From the NCBI GenBank assembly GCA_000165425.1, contig CT868037.1:1-64000 (forward strand): DNA of 64,000 bases. The letters run 5' to 3'. Shown here piece after piece: positions 14,595 to 28,100 of this stretch (its first letter is position 1; each line of letters starts with the position of its first letter). The notes beneath the pieces were generated by a model. It was not told the DNA's origin. It worked only from the letters and a program-made list of their open reading frames with translations, and did no database searches. The stretch comes from Paramecium tetraurelia. Lineage: Eukaryota. The position numbers were made by a program, and so were the translations under genes.

Positions 14595-15140
14595 GTAAAT
14601 AATATTAATATATTATATTATATTATATTATCGTAATTACTCATTATAAATATATTTTGAAATGAAATATCTGACAATTCAGTATAAACTATAACTATTT
14701 TAAGATTGATTATTTTTATTTGGCTATGAATTTATGATGAATTGCATTAATTGTTAGATTTCTATAAAACATAGATTATGTGATAAAATACAAAAAGAAA
14801 ATATATATTAAATTCTATGACATTTTCCTATCCAACTCTTCAAGAAGTAATTTTAAAATTACTTTAAATTAGATCTAAATCGATAGAAATTTGAGGGAAA
14901 AGGTAATAAGAATAATTATAATCCTTAATTTCTAAAAATAGTTGAATAATTCAATATTTATTAATATTTTCGAATAAAACTTTCTCATAGATCAAGCAAT
15001 GATGAATTTTCAAAATATAATATTCTAATATAATTAAAGTTATAGATAAACGCATTTATCTTAATCCCATTATAGTACGCCTTAATTTTAATTCAAAACT
15101 TAGACAGAATTAATTGGAATTTTAGGATTTAAATGCATAT

Positions 15141-16850
15141 ATGTTTTCTAAAATAAAATAGTTATAAATGAGACATGGAACATTTTTAATTGACTCTAAA
15201 ACAAACTAAGGTAAAAGTATTCTACAAAACTGAATATAATAAGGTTTATTTGATTTATTTTAATTCTTTAATATGAATATTTAAAACTATTTAAACAATA
15301 ATTCTAGTAGTAACTAAAGTAGGAAATTGAAATTTTAAGATATCCTAAACTCAATCAATCAATTAAAGGTAAGGCTTACAAAAATATAATAGTAAATCAT
15401 AACCTTGATGGATGAAAGAGTAAAGTAATTGGAGAAAGACATTGTTCAAAACGAAGTTTAATAGCAGGATAATCAATAATCTTAGCAAAATGAGACTATA
15501 TACTTATCTGATTTTACTAATCTTAAAGAATTGCTAACTCATTTTTAAAATACCATGTCAGAACTTTAAATTTCATTTGGAGCTATACAAATAGTAAAAA
15601 ATAGATAAAATATCGAGTTTGCAATACCAATCCAATAAGTAGAGATGGATCAAAAGAAAGAAAGAGAATAAGCAAAATAATCACAATTAAATTTATAAGA
15701 ACATATTAAAATAGCAAATTTATAACTTTAATTACTAGAACAGCATGAATCTGAATAATTACTTAAAATTCAGAACTAAGCACTTATAAATCAAATTTAA
15801 TAGTTATCCTAATAGGTCTAGAATTTAGAGTATTAGTAGAAAGAAAAAATTCAGGAGAATGAAGGAATGAGTGTTATGAAGAAATTCAAATATGAATAAA
15901 TTAATTAAAATGATACAGCCAAGTAATAGGAATTTTGTGGAGCATTGGCATTCAATGCAGATTGTTCAATTCTCGCTGTTGGCTGCAATAAAATGATTAA
16001 AATATTCGATTTTGATTAGGGAGTATTGAAATTAATCTAAACTCTCACCGGTCACAGTAATCTAATCTAAACACTAAACTTTATGAGGAATAACAATTAA
16101 TAATTTTTATCAGGCAGCAGTGATAATTAAATATTCGTTTGGACGTAGTAATAAGATTGTAATTGGATTTGTCATTAAAAATTGTAAGGACATGCCTCAG
16201 GTATATTATGCTTGATTTTGAATTGTAGTGATGATCTTATGGTTTCAGGTAGTAAGGATAAAACCATCAAATTTTGGGTTAAACCTAACAAAGATGCTGA
16301 TTGGAGATGCTCTTAGACAATTTCAGAACATTAAGACTATGTTAATGCTATTAGTATGAATGAAAACGAATAAAAATTGATCTCATGTGGGGAAGACAAG
16401 TTAATTCTAGTTTTAGAAAGACCTTCAAAGTTTCAGGATTAATGGAATATTATACAAAAGATTAAATTGTAAAACATGGGATTTCGACTATGTTTTATTA
16501 ATGATAACCAATTCACATTTTAACCATGCAAACAATCCTATTTGAGTGTTTTTGAATTGGATAATAACATTTATAAATTGAAAACTGAGGTTGCAGTTAA
16601 AGGTGGGATTGATGATTGTTATAGTCTATTTCCATAATAGTTTAATAAATCAAAAAATGTTCTTATCAATAAGAATGTTAGTAATATCAATTTTATACGA
16701 AAAAATAAAAATGGAGAACTAATAACTGAGTAATCAATTGATTTTTGCACGAGTTCGATGAATGGAAAACTTAGTAATGATGGGGAATATTTAGCAACAT
16801 GGGATAGAAAATCATGGGAAATTCAAATCAGAAAATATTAAGAGTTTTGA
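15141..16850 (+). CDS. Coiled-coil plus WD40-repeat protein (start uncertain)
   Basis: LTGHSNLIQTLNF..FLSGSSDNQIFVW, LQGHASGILCL..MVSGSKDKTIKFW, EHQDYVNAISM..ISCGEDKLILV; TGA at 16848-16850; introns near 15211-15243 and 15369-15391. Confidence 0.85.
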
Positions 16851-17553
16851 AATGAGTGTTCACATTATTACTAATTTTCTATCAGTTTTTCAATTGTATT
16901 TCCATTTTTATTATCATTTTAAAGTATAGCTAAATTGTAACATCAAATGATAATTCTTCTCACAATTCTGTAAGAAGAATAGATTTAATTGTAAATAAAA
17001 TCAATAAAATTTACTACCCTAAGATACATCTCACATTTTCTGATTTTTTCAACTTAATTTTTTTCAAAATATAATTTATTATTTATTTCGGCTTGTTGGT
17101 AATTTAAATATTTGTTGTCAATTTGAACAAATTCAACTTGTTGAAGTTGAATAACCAATTAATGCAACATTTTTGAGTTTTATTAATCAATTAATTAGAA
17201 TTTGAATACAAAAACCTAATTTTTATTATACAATTAGATAATATTTTCATATTAGAGATAATTTAATTAGCATTGAAATTCTATAATTTTAAATGTCATT
17301 TATCAACTGTTAGCAAATAATTAATGATCATTAAATAAAAATTAATAATAGAAAATATCATTTAAGGTCAAGAATATATCCAATTAATTAAAACTAAGTT
17401 TAGATATCAAATGCAGCTATTGAATTAGTTATTATATACTGAAAATAAGAAATATGAAATAGTTTTTAGGTTAATAGAATTACATTTTTTATTTTATGAT
17501 ATTATGTATTAAATCAGAAATGATATAATTTTTACGAACAATTAATAAAATAA

Positions 17554-20268
17554 ATGGATGACGATTTCTTATGTTAATACGATGGCCATGATGAAGATGA
17601 AATCCTTGGTTTCTGTCTGAATAGTAAATGCAAAGAAAATTCGCAATTTTGCTTGAAATGCTGTTGGGATAAACACAGCAGTCATGAAGAAGAATGCAAA
17701 ACATTTAAGCAAATATAGAAGACAATTGCAAGCAACAAAGTGCTGGAAGAAAAGCAAAAAGAATAGTTAGTTAACAAAATCAAAGAAATACAAAATTTGT
17801 GTGATCAAATTACTCACCAAAAGAACGTGGACGCTGTGAATTTGTAAGCTTTAGAGAAAGATTTAAAGGATAAAGAATATAAAAAATGCCTAGATCACAT
17901 TCCCCTTTTTAAACAATATTGTCAATATTTATAATCTAATTCACAATGTAATATACATCATTTCTATATTATTAGAGGTGTTATTAGATTAATTAGATTA
18001 AGGATTAAAATCACTTAAATTGTTCACATTAGGAATCTCTGCCATTTTGGAATAAACAAAAAGTATTCTTTAAATATAAAATAAGTATTGGACAACTAGA
18101 GTATTTCAATAAAATCTGAGATCATAAACCCAAACCAGAATGAGAAAAAACCAGCTCAAGTTGAAATTTAAAAAAAAGGTTATTCTAATATACATCAATG
18201 TAGATTAAGAAGTCTAAGTGAATATTGAATTACCAGCATAGACTCAAAAAAAAAATGAAATTGAAATTGTAGAGAATAAAGACTATGGAAAACCAGTAGG
18301 TTAAACAGCGTCTTCTAGAGTTGGATTACCACCTTAAGTACGATTTGTTTATATTCTAGTCACAACAACCTCCTTCTACCTATAATTATTAACAACCTTC
18401 TTCTGCTTAAGGTTATTAATAACCCAAACCATAGAATCCTTCTGCTGGTTAAAATTCATCCTCTAATATATACCCACCATAAGGTTCAAATCCACCAAAG
18501 ACATATCCACAACCAAATCAATATCAACAATAAAATCAATACCAACAATCGAATCAATACCAATATTAATAGCAAAATCAATATCAACCGCAAAATCCAA
18601 CTAATAAATCATATTAACCACCTACAGGATCAAGTTCTATAAATTCACAACCATATTAGCCATCTTCAGGATCAAGTTCCATAAACTAACAACCATATTC
18701 TTAGTAATCTGGCAAAGTCCCTCCTCCATAAACCAAACCCTATTAGCCTAGTTCAACAAATCCATAAAATTAATAGTATAAACCTCCAAATCCAAATCCA
18801 AATCAAACAGGTTAAAAAACATATCCTCCTCCAGGCACTCAATCATAAATACAAAAATATTAACCTTAAAATTCAGAATAAGGAAATTAAAAAATGGATC
18901 CTCAATAATTAATGAGTTTATTGGGTAGTAGCGGAAACGAAGGTTTAATGAAATAAGTAATTGAATATGCATTACAATAAGAAGTTAATAAAAATTCAAA
19001 GTATATAATTTATTAAGCTTAAGGAATGGTAATCAACCAGCCCCTAAAGTATAACTTGATATGGAACAAGTAAAATATTATCAGAGTTAAATAGAAGCTG
19101 AATAGGTTATAAAATAATGTAAGTATCATTTCCTAAATTAAGGTGCTGAATTATTGCAATAAGATAAATACAAGGAAACTCTGGACATAATCAATAAAGC
19201 AAATATCGGTATAGTTGTAGATAATGTTTAAATTTTATAAATCAAATGTATTTGAATTTCTGAATTTTAGGGAAATGCTTACTGAAAACGAATTAATTGG
19301 AGGATGCTCTCTAAATTTGTAATCAGATAATAGAGCTAAATCAAGACGATACAAAATTCTTGGCTATCAAAGGTAAAATGACTGGCGATCTATTTACTAG
19401 GATTGACTTTACATCAATTAAACAGATACGAAGAAGCCATGGAATTATTTGATATAGCTACTGAAATAAATCCAAATGAATTCAACGGCTATTTCCATAA
19501 AGGTTTATTGTGTTTTATATACCCTCATAGGATAAACCTTGCTATCATTGAAGAAATATGAAGAGGCCATCAAATGTTTTGAAAGAGCTATTGAAATTGA
19601 TCCTGAAAGTGAACCTTCATACTTTTTATTGGGTATTCAAAATAAAACATTCTAGGAAATGCATTAAAGAAATTGGAGAAATTCAATCAAGCTGTTGAAA
19701 ACTACAACATAACAGTTAACATAAACCCATAGCATCAAGTTGCCCTTACTTTTAAAGGTAAATATCACAATTGATGTTATTAGCTCAATGTCTAATTGAA
19801 TTAAAAGTGTATGAAGAAGCAATTAAAGCTGCAGATGCTGCATTGTCAATAAATGAGAATAATTCTCTTGCCCTATACTCTAAAGGTTACATATTTTTAA
19901 TATTTTAAGGACTTGGATTGTTCAAAGTAGAGGCTTTCAAAGAAGCTCTTAGTTGTTTGGAGAAAGCCATCTTAATAGATAATACTATGCACGAAGCTAT
20001 TGCCTTAAGAGGTTAATATCTTTTTGATTTTTAGGCGAAATACTCCATAAAATGGAAAAATATGTAGCTGCAGTGTCAGCATATGATTTGGCTCTCTAAA
20101 TATCCGCTAATCCTTAGTATATGTTGAAAAAAGGTATTTCAATTCTCAAAATTAAAAGCTGAGTCTTTACGAGCATTGGAAAAAGTTGAAGAGGCAGATA
20201 TTTTATAAAATTAAGCTTAATAGCTCATAGACTAATAAAAATAACCTTAGGAAAAATAAACAATTTGA
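17554..20268 (+). CDS. Protein with N-terminal Cys/His zinc-binding motif, Q/P/S/Y/N-rich linker and ~8 C-terminal TPRs
   Basis: MDDDFLCQYDGHDEDEILGFCLNSKCKENSQFCLKCCWDKHSSH; TPRs such as GLTLHQLNRYEEAMELFDIATEINPNEFNGYFHKG; nine phase-1 introns across the TPR region. Confidence 0.88.
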
Positions 20269-21233
20269 GGTGAGATATTTATAACAATAACCTATTAAAT
20301 TGAAATTTTTTTTTCGTCTTTGTTGTCAAGAAATATTTTCTTACTTTATAAAGGTGCTTCTTGCGAAGTGTTCTTCATTATATATTCAACTAAACATGAG
20401 TAAAATGATTATAAGGATAGTTCACTTGCTAAATATGCTAAAAATCTATCACTTTCTCAAATTCATCCCCTCATCTGCTTTAGATTGGTTTCCTTCATTT
20501 TCATTCGCACCTTCAACACAAAATGATCAAAATGTAATCTACCTGAATTACAATAAAAAAACATAAAAAGTAAAATGTTGAGAACTATATAATGATAATG
20601 GTTTTAAATTAATTAAGCCAATATGATCTAAATGATTAACTAAGTTGAAATTTAATTCTGTCTATGAAAAAAGAATCAATGTGATAGAATGATTAAATTT
20701 CTCATAAAATAAAATGGCACATTTAATAAAGGCAATTATTCTAAAATTTCAATAGCAAGATCATCAAATTGATATTTTGCAGATATATTAAATATTATTG
20801 TATAGATAAAGTATGAAATTAGAGGATCTAGAATAATAATATCTAATTTTAACATGTAAGGAATTAAGATATAGTTTATGTTTAATGATGATTTAGAACA
20901 AATTAATCGATTTCTATTGTTAAATTACTTATTTGAGTTTATACAAAAAAATATTGAAAATCTAATATAAATGTCCAATACAATATATATTTTTTAATAT
21001 TCAATAATTATATACACAAAAATGAAATGTTTATAATCTTTAATAAGGCATAGCTAAATAATAGACTATTCTAAATTGAAATTGAGTCTTGATATTTATT
21101 CATGTCATCCTATTTTATGTTAGACTTATGCATTTTAACTTTCTCATAGTAACTTGTGGGACTCTGTATACAATTCTTTAGAAATCAACATAAGTTAAGG
21201 AATAGCATCGTAAAATAAGAACCATCCGATTTT

Positions 21234-21815
21234 TCATCTGGTTTGAAACTTTCTAGAATGCAAATATGTAATTACTTTATTTGGAATTGAAAGTAGGTAT
21301 TCGGCATCATAATTTGATTTTTTTGAGAATTTTCAATTATTTATTGATTGACTAATTAGGGATGGAAAATATTCACTTTTCTATGAATAATATTTTTCCT
21401 TTATATTTTAATCCAATTTTTATAAGATCCACTATCTTGATTTTTTCTCGAGTTTCCACCTTAAAATACAAATTTTTTTACCTTTATTTAAAGTTGACTA
21501 TCTCTATGCTTTTTAACATGATGAAATTAGTCCATCGTCATAGTATTTTTATCTGCAACTATTCCTAAGCCTAATTTTTAAGAATTATTCTTACTCCTAA
21601 TCTTTCTTCGATTGCTTTTTGCTTCAACTTCATACCCTCCTGATAAGAGATTATTTCAACTCATTTGATATTGATGCAATTATTGAAGATAAACTTAAAA
21701 TTGAGAATTAAATACTTCCTCTACAACTAAGTCCCCTATAGGCTCATTTCCTTTTTCTTCTGCAGAAACTCACTCAACTCTCTTGATTCATAACAAAGAT
21801 TAAAAATTGGCGCAT
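21234..21815 (-). CDS. Hypothetical small multi-intron protein (or pseudogene)
   Basis: Starts MRQFLIFVMNQEELSEFLQKKKEM. An open frame needs about five 21-25 nt GT-AG introns. No recognisable motif. Confidence 0.3.
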
Positions 21816-22142
21816 TTTATTTAAAATTGATTTTATAAAATTTACAAAATAATATTATTATAAATATAATTATTATATATTTATATAAATTTATATTTGT
21901 AAAATCAAACTTTATATTACACTATTTTCTATCTTGGTGTCGAAAATGAGCTTATTTTCCTATTTTTTTTTCATGAAAATTGAAAAATTATGGTTGTTAA
22001 AGATACTTTTATAAATATCAAAGGATATTTTACGATCAGTTCTTATAATTGTTAGGTATTTCAGATAGAATAACTCACTTTTTATTCATAAAAATCATAA
22101 TATTTAAGCCAAAAAAAGGTTATGGATTTTAGCATTTATTAA

Positions 22143-25100
22143 ATGAAAATTATTTTAGTTTCACTTCTCATAGTGGCATCTTTTGCAAACGTTAACCGAG
22201 TGTTGTCTGAAATTAGCTAGACTAGCAATAAATGGCAATTCAATCTTTTTACCTCTACAGCGGAATAGAACAGCTAGACATACTTATTAGAGGGTGAAGA
22301 ATTGCTATTAGTTTAAAATATAATCTCTGGAGATGGAAATAATCAAATCAAAATGAACAAGTATTTAAGAGATGGTACAGAAATTACATCTCCAAAAATC
22401 ATTGGAGATTCAACAAAGGCATGCAGCAAAGCTAGAATCACCTTAATTCCTACGATTGGTTTTGTTGCCGGATGGATTCAAAAAACGGAATCCAGTTCAC
22501 AATTGTATCTTTAATTATTTACTAATAATTTAACTGCCTTAGGAGAATAAATACTGGTAAGTGACATCAGTCAAGAAGTACATTGGGATTTGTCATCAGA
22601 ATACTACTACATTTACAATTTAGGAAATTATTAATTATTACTGTTGTATAAATAAACAACTAGTGACAAATCATGGAGTGGTACAATCTATAACTATAAT
22701 TCACAATAGCGAAGCAGTGCAATTAAATTAAGCAACTCAAAATTTGTAGAAATAGCTTAGAACTCTCTTGGTAATTTAATATTAGTATAACGAATTTATG
22801 TTTCTGCTTTGAACTCATATTTAATTGCCACAAAAATAAATTAGAATGGTGAGATTGTTTACACTAAGAATATATACCACATAAGACTTTAGTCCTAATT
22901 TGAGCCTAGATTAGTTGCATTATCAAACAATAATTTTGTTGTGTTTTACCAACAAAGTGAATTCATATATTATCAAGTATACAACTAACATTTCGATTCA
23001 GTATTATTTGCTAGCTATTCAAAATATTATGGCTAATAAACCCCAACATGGGAATTCAACAATTTCTTCAAGGGTAGCCAAATTTAAGTATTGGCCTTGG
23101 AAGGAAGTGTAATTTTGGTTGGTGTTAATTACAATACTTTAAGATTTTAGTTGATTTAATTAGATAATGAATTTCTGGAATTCATACAATAAAGAGAAAT
23201 TCATTATGAGGATCTAAACATTTATAAATTTTCAATTTAAAAGACCAATGATGAAACTATATTTGTTTAATGGATTAGTGGAAATCCATTAACCTTATTG
23301 CCTGAATTTACACAAAGTCTCTATTAATCTGAATTGAATTTAAAACTGACTTTATCAAATTGTGCATTTAATTGTGATCATTGTGAAAACAATGTGTGTT
23401 AAAAGTGCAATAATGGATATGTGTTGAATAATAAGAAATGTTAATTATAATGCCAAACAAATTGTGTTCAATGTTCTACTAAAAACAGTTGTGATGTTTG
23501 TGCATCTGGATATGTTTTAAACAATAAAATGTAGTGTGTTAATCAAAGTAACAGTGCAAATACAGAATTGAAAGTCAGCATTTCTGAATCAACTTATAAA
23601 TATAACCAATAGGTCAAACAATTCCAAGATGGAAGTTTGCTAGTTTATTATTCAGAATATTCGACTCCATAATAGGTGTTATAATTTAGAGTATTATCAA
23701 GTGATGGAGAGATAATCTAAGCACATTAATTAAATTATTCAGGATGGGCAGGATATGATGTTGCATTAGTAAATGATACTACTGCTTATTTGTATACATT
23801 AGAGACTTCTGAGGGATCAACTGTTATCAAATAGAGACAATTCAATCCAAAAACCTTTGAATTTACAACTATTATCAGATTATAAATCTAAAATTAAGGA
23901 TTTTCTTATAGAAAAGATGTTTAAAACAACTTAATCGTTGCTGGATTTGAAAATTCAGTTTGCTTGATATTAAAAGGTATGGATAGTGGTGATAACATTA
24001 ATTTAAATCTTGGTTTTTACACATACAATGGAGAGTTTTTGATAAATCAAAATTTAGGATAAGTATAATTCTTATAGAACTACTCTTATAATGAAGAAGA
24101 ACGAAAATTTGATTACGATTTTGATGAATAATACTTGTATATTCTAATTGCAAGAGGATGCAGCCTTTAATTAGTGTAATTCAACCTAGTTGGATAAAGA
24201 GTATACGAAGAGAGTTTTGGATATGGTGGCTACGTATTTTGCTAAGACTTTATTAATCCATCTTTATCCAAGATTTCAAATAAATACAGGTTTATGATTG
24301 CAATGGAAACAGTCTAAGGCATAATTGTATTTAATTGGAAAGATTCAACTGTTTTATATACTACAGATTCTAAAGTTAAAGCCAGAAAACCATAATTAAA
24401 TGCTTTTAAAGACAATATCTTTGTTTTATTATTCGAGGAATACGACTTGAGTGATAGATTCACAACAATCTAGTATTTAAGATTTGAATTTACTGATGTA
24501 GTTGTTAATTAAAGTATTAATTCAAACTCTGTACTTCCTTAAAATTTGAAAACATTGAATTAAGATAATGAATATTTAATACTTAGTTGGTTGGCACATG
24601 GTTCTTCAAAAATCTCATCAACAAATCAAGTTTACTTAGAAAGAGTGTTATTGAATGACAATTTGATTGTTGGATTTGGAAAGTAATGTCCATCAAATTG
24701 TTAGAATTGCAATTCAGATAAAGCTTGTTTGTAATGTAATGAAGATTACCAATTAACTGCTGACTTGAGTAAATGTGTAGCACAATGCCCATAAGGTTGT
24801 GCAACATGTGCTACAAAAGATTAATGTTTAGTGTGTCAATTTGGTTATTAATTAAGTCAACTCAATGTTTGTGAATAATCTTAAAAGAATACTATTGCTA
24901 TCTTAAAGGAAAATACTCAGATATTTGATTCTATTGATTTAGATTTGGCACAGAATGGTAATTTATATGTAAGTTGGATGCAAAGGGATGAAAATAATAA
25001 TTAATAGACATTTATTAAATAGATTGATGTTCATGGATAGCAAGTAGGATAAGATATTTCAGTTAATGTATGTACCTAATATGCATCTAAAATATACACT

Positions 25101-28100
25101 ACATCTTATCTTAATATCCTATCAACAATTTGTGGAAATCTTGAATTTGGAGCAGATATGTATCTTCATTTCTATACTTCAAATTTTGACACAAGATATT
25201 AATTTTGGGTTGATCATGGAATCAGAATGATTTCATATTCAATTGGGGATACTCCATATGCAATTCAGGTTATATCTGAAAAAGAAGTATTAATTGCATA
25301 CTAAATAATGAATTCCGAAACTGAAGTATATGTTAGGTTTATTAAGTTGTGCAAACAGGATTTTGATAATTTATACTTTTATTGTGGTTCTAGTTAATTC
25401 GGACCTTTTAATTAAAAAGTTTAGGATTTGTAATTAGCCTTTGATTATTAAGTTTATTACATTAACTATAAAATTTTGGTACAGTAAGAAGATGGATCTA
25501 TTTAATTACAAACATTCAAAATTACTACTGATTTTAATTGCTAATAAGTGAATATCCTTTAGACATTTACTCTTAACTAGTAAACTCTTATATTATCCAA
25601 TTTAAATAAATTAGACCTTTCAATCAATAATGCTTAGATTTCATTTACTATCACACATGGTAATAAATAGCTAAATCAACATACAATTGAATTAAATAAT
25701 CAAAATTCTGATTTACAAATTGAGTAGGTTGACGTGGCTGCAACCGAATCAGGATTTTATGTTGTTTGGATTGAATAATAGTAAACAAAATAAATAAAAG
25801 CTTAAGGTTTTTACAATAATGGTACTTAGATAACTGAAATCTAAAATTTGATATAATCAAGTTACTCTCCAAGCAAGATATTTGTGTAATCAGTAAGAAA
25901 TAATTAATTAATTATTGTCTGGTAAGATTAGGATCAAAATGGATAGAAATTACTTGCAACAAGATATAACTAAATGCTTTAATTACTCCCTTTAAATACA
26001 GTATTATGTTAGTATCATTGTGAAAATTGTTAAGCAGCAAACAGTTGTGCTAAATGTTCTTAGGGCTATTACTATAATACTGATTAGTCATAATGCTAAT
26101 TAATTTGTCCTTCTTATTGCTAGGTTTGTACATAGAAGGACGTATGTGATATTTGCTAAACCAATTATTACTTAGTAAATGATCAATGTGTATATGATGC
26201 TCAAAAGTAAAAGGAAAGAGTTTTGGCTGATGTTGAGGATTCTACAGTTACAAGAGTATCTGTCAGTGCATTTTCAGATAATGGATTTGTTGTGGTTTGG
26301 AATGACAATGTTGATGGTAAATAACAATTGGTTATGCAAATTTACAATAATTTGAAAGAATAATAAAGATCTTTGCCATTAAGTGGTGAGAATGATAAAC
26401 AATATGCTTAAGTTGAGGTATTAGATGGAGATCTCATTGCCCTAGCATGGTTTGAAGGATAATGTTCAGTATCTTGTCGTCTTCAATTATAAATATTTGA
26501 TAGATTTGGAACAATTCAGTCAACTGAAATAACTATAGCCTTTGTGACATTACCATCATTAGGTAAGCAAAAGCCTGTTGTAATCAAAAGATTTGATAGA
26601 AAGTTAATTATTGCATACATAACATATGAAAATGGAAAGACAGTTGGTTATTCTACTATGTATGAGTAAGATTCAAGTTCAGTATAAGCTAATCAATTAA
26701 TAGATCCAGACCAAAATATCGATAATTTAAATATCATTAGTTTGAATGGATATTATCATGGTATTATGTATGTGAGAAACAACAAAGAATTGTATATTCA
26801 TCATACTTTTCAAAATGGATGTTTCTAGGGTTGTGGATATTTTGATGGAGCTTAATTAATGATCTCTTCTGACTATTAAATTTCATAACCTTCTGCTTTC
26901 TTGAGACAAGACAACTTTTTCATTGTGTTGTGGGTGGAAAAATCAGCAGTAAATGGATTTTTAATTGAAAAGACTTATCAATCTCGTTGTTGGAATTGGG
27001 GTTGTGATGGCAAAAAATAAGTTTCCTCTAATTAATTTGATGAAACATATTTACCCTAATCGGTTGGCTAATATCTTTAATATGGATATTAGAGATATTC
27101 CATAATTTATGGATCTCAAGATTATCCAAATCATATTAGAAGAACAATAAAATTATAGTCATTTAATGATTATTATCAAGGAATGGATAAAAAGCTTTAG
27201 ATTAATGTAGTATCCTAAAAGATTGAGTAATTTGTTACTTATGAATTTTAAAATGGAGATGTGCTTGTAATTAGTGTTGGATAAACAAGTGAATCAAGTA
27301 GTTAGATTCTATTGAATTTAGTCACTGTATTAGGTGATTAATAGAAATTAATGGGTAATCCTACTTGTTAATAACGTTGTTAAAGATGCGATGCAAGTCT
27401 AACATGCTTTAATTGTAATGCAGGCTATACATTAATTGATGGTTAATGTTTGAGATAATGTGATAAAAATTGCGCTGTATGTGATCGTCATTGGGAATCA
27501 GCTATGTTATAATGTAATGAATGTGAATTTGGATACAAATTAAATAATTTCTAATAGTGCTTGCCAACTGATACTACTATTATTCAATCCTTAATTAATA
27601 CTTATTAGAGTGGAAATCAATATGGTCAAAGAATAGCCACCTTAAGTAACTATCAATCAGTAGTTGTCTGGAATAGTGAGAATCAGGACAAGAATGGAAA
27701 ATCAATCTATATGCAACTATATGATTAATAAATGAATAAGATTGGCGGTGAAACACTTGTTACTAAAGATAATATAGGAGTATAAGAGGAACCAGATGTT
27801 GTGGCATTACCTAATAATCATTTTATTATTATTTGGAAAGACAATCATTCAAATGCCGGCAGAAGAATCCTTATGTAGAGATTCTCATTAGCATTTGAAA
27901 GACTTGGAGATGAAATAGTAGTTTATGATTCCACTACTGATATTATTTCAAATTTGCAATCTCTAGTGAATTACGTTGATGTACATCATAAGATTACTGT
28001 GTCATTAGATGGTTCAATATTCGTGTTATTGTACTTACAGCAATCATATAATATTTTTGACATAAGATTTAAACAGTTTAATTCAAATTATGAAGAATAT

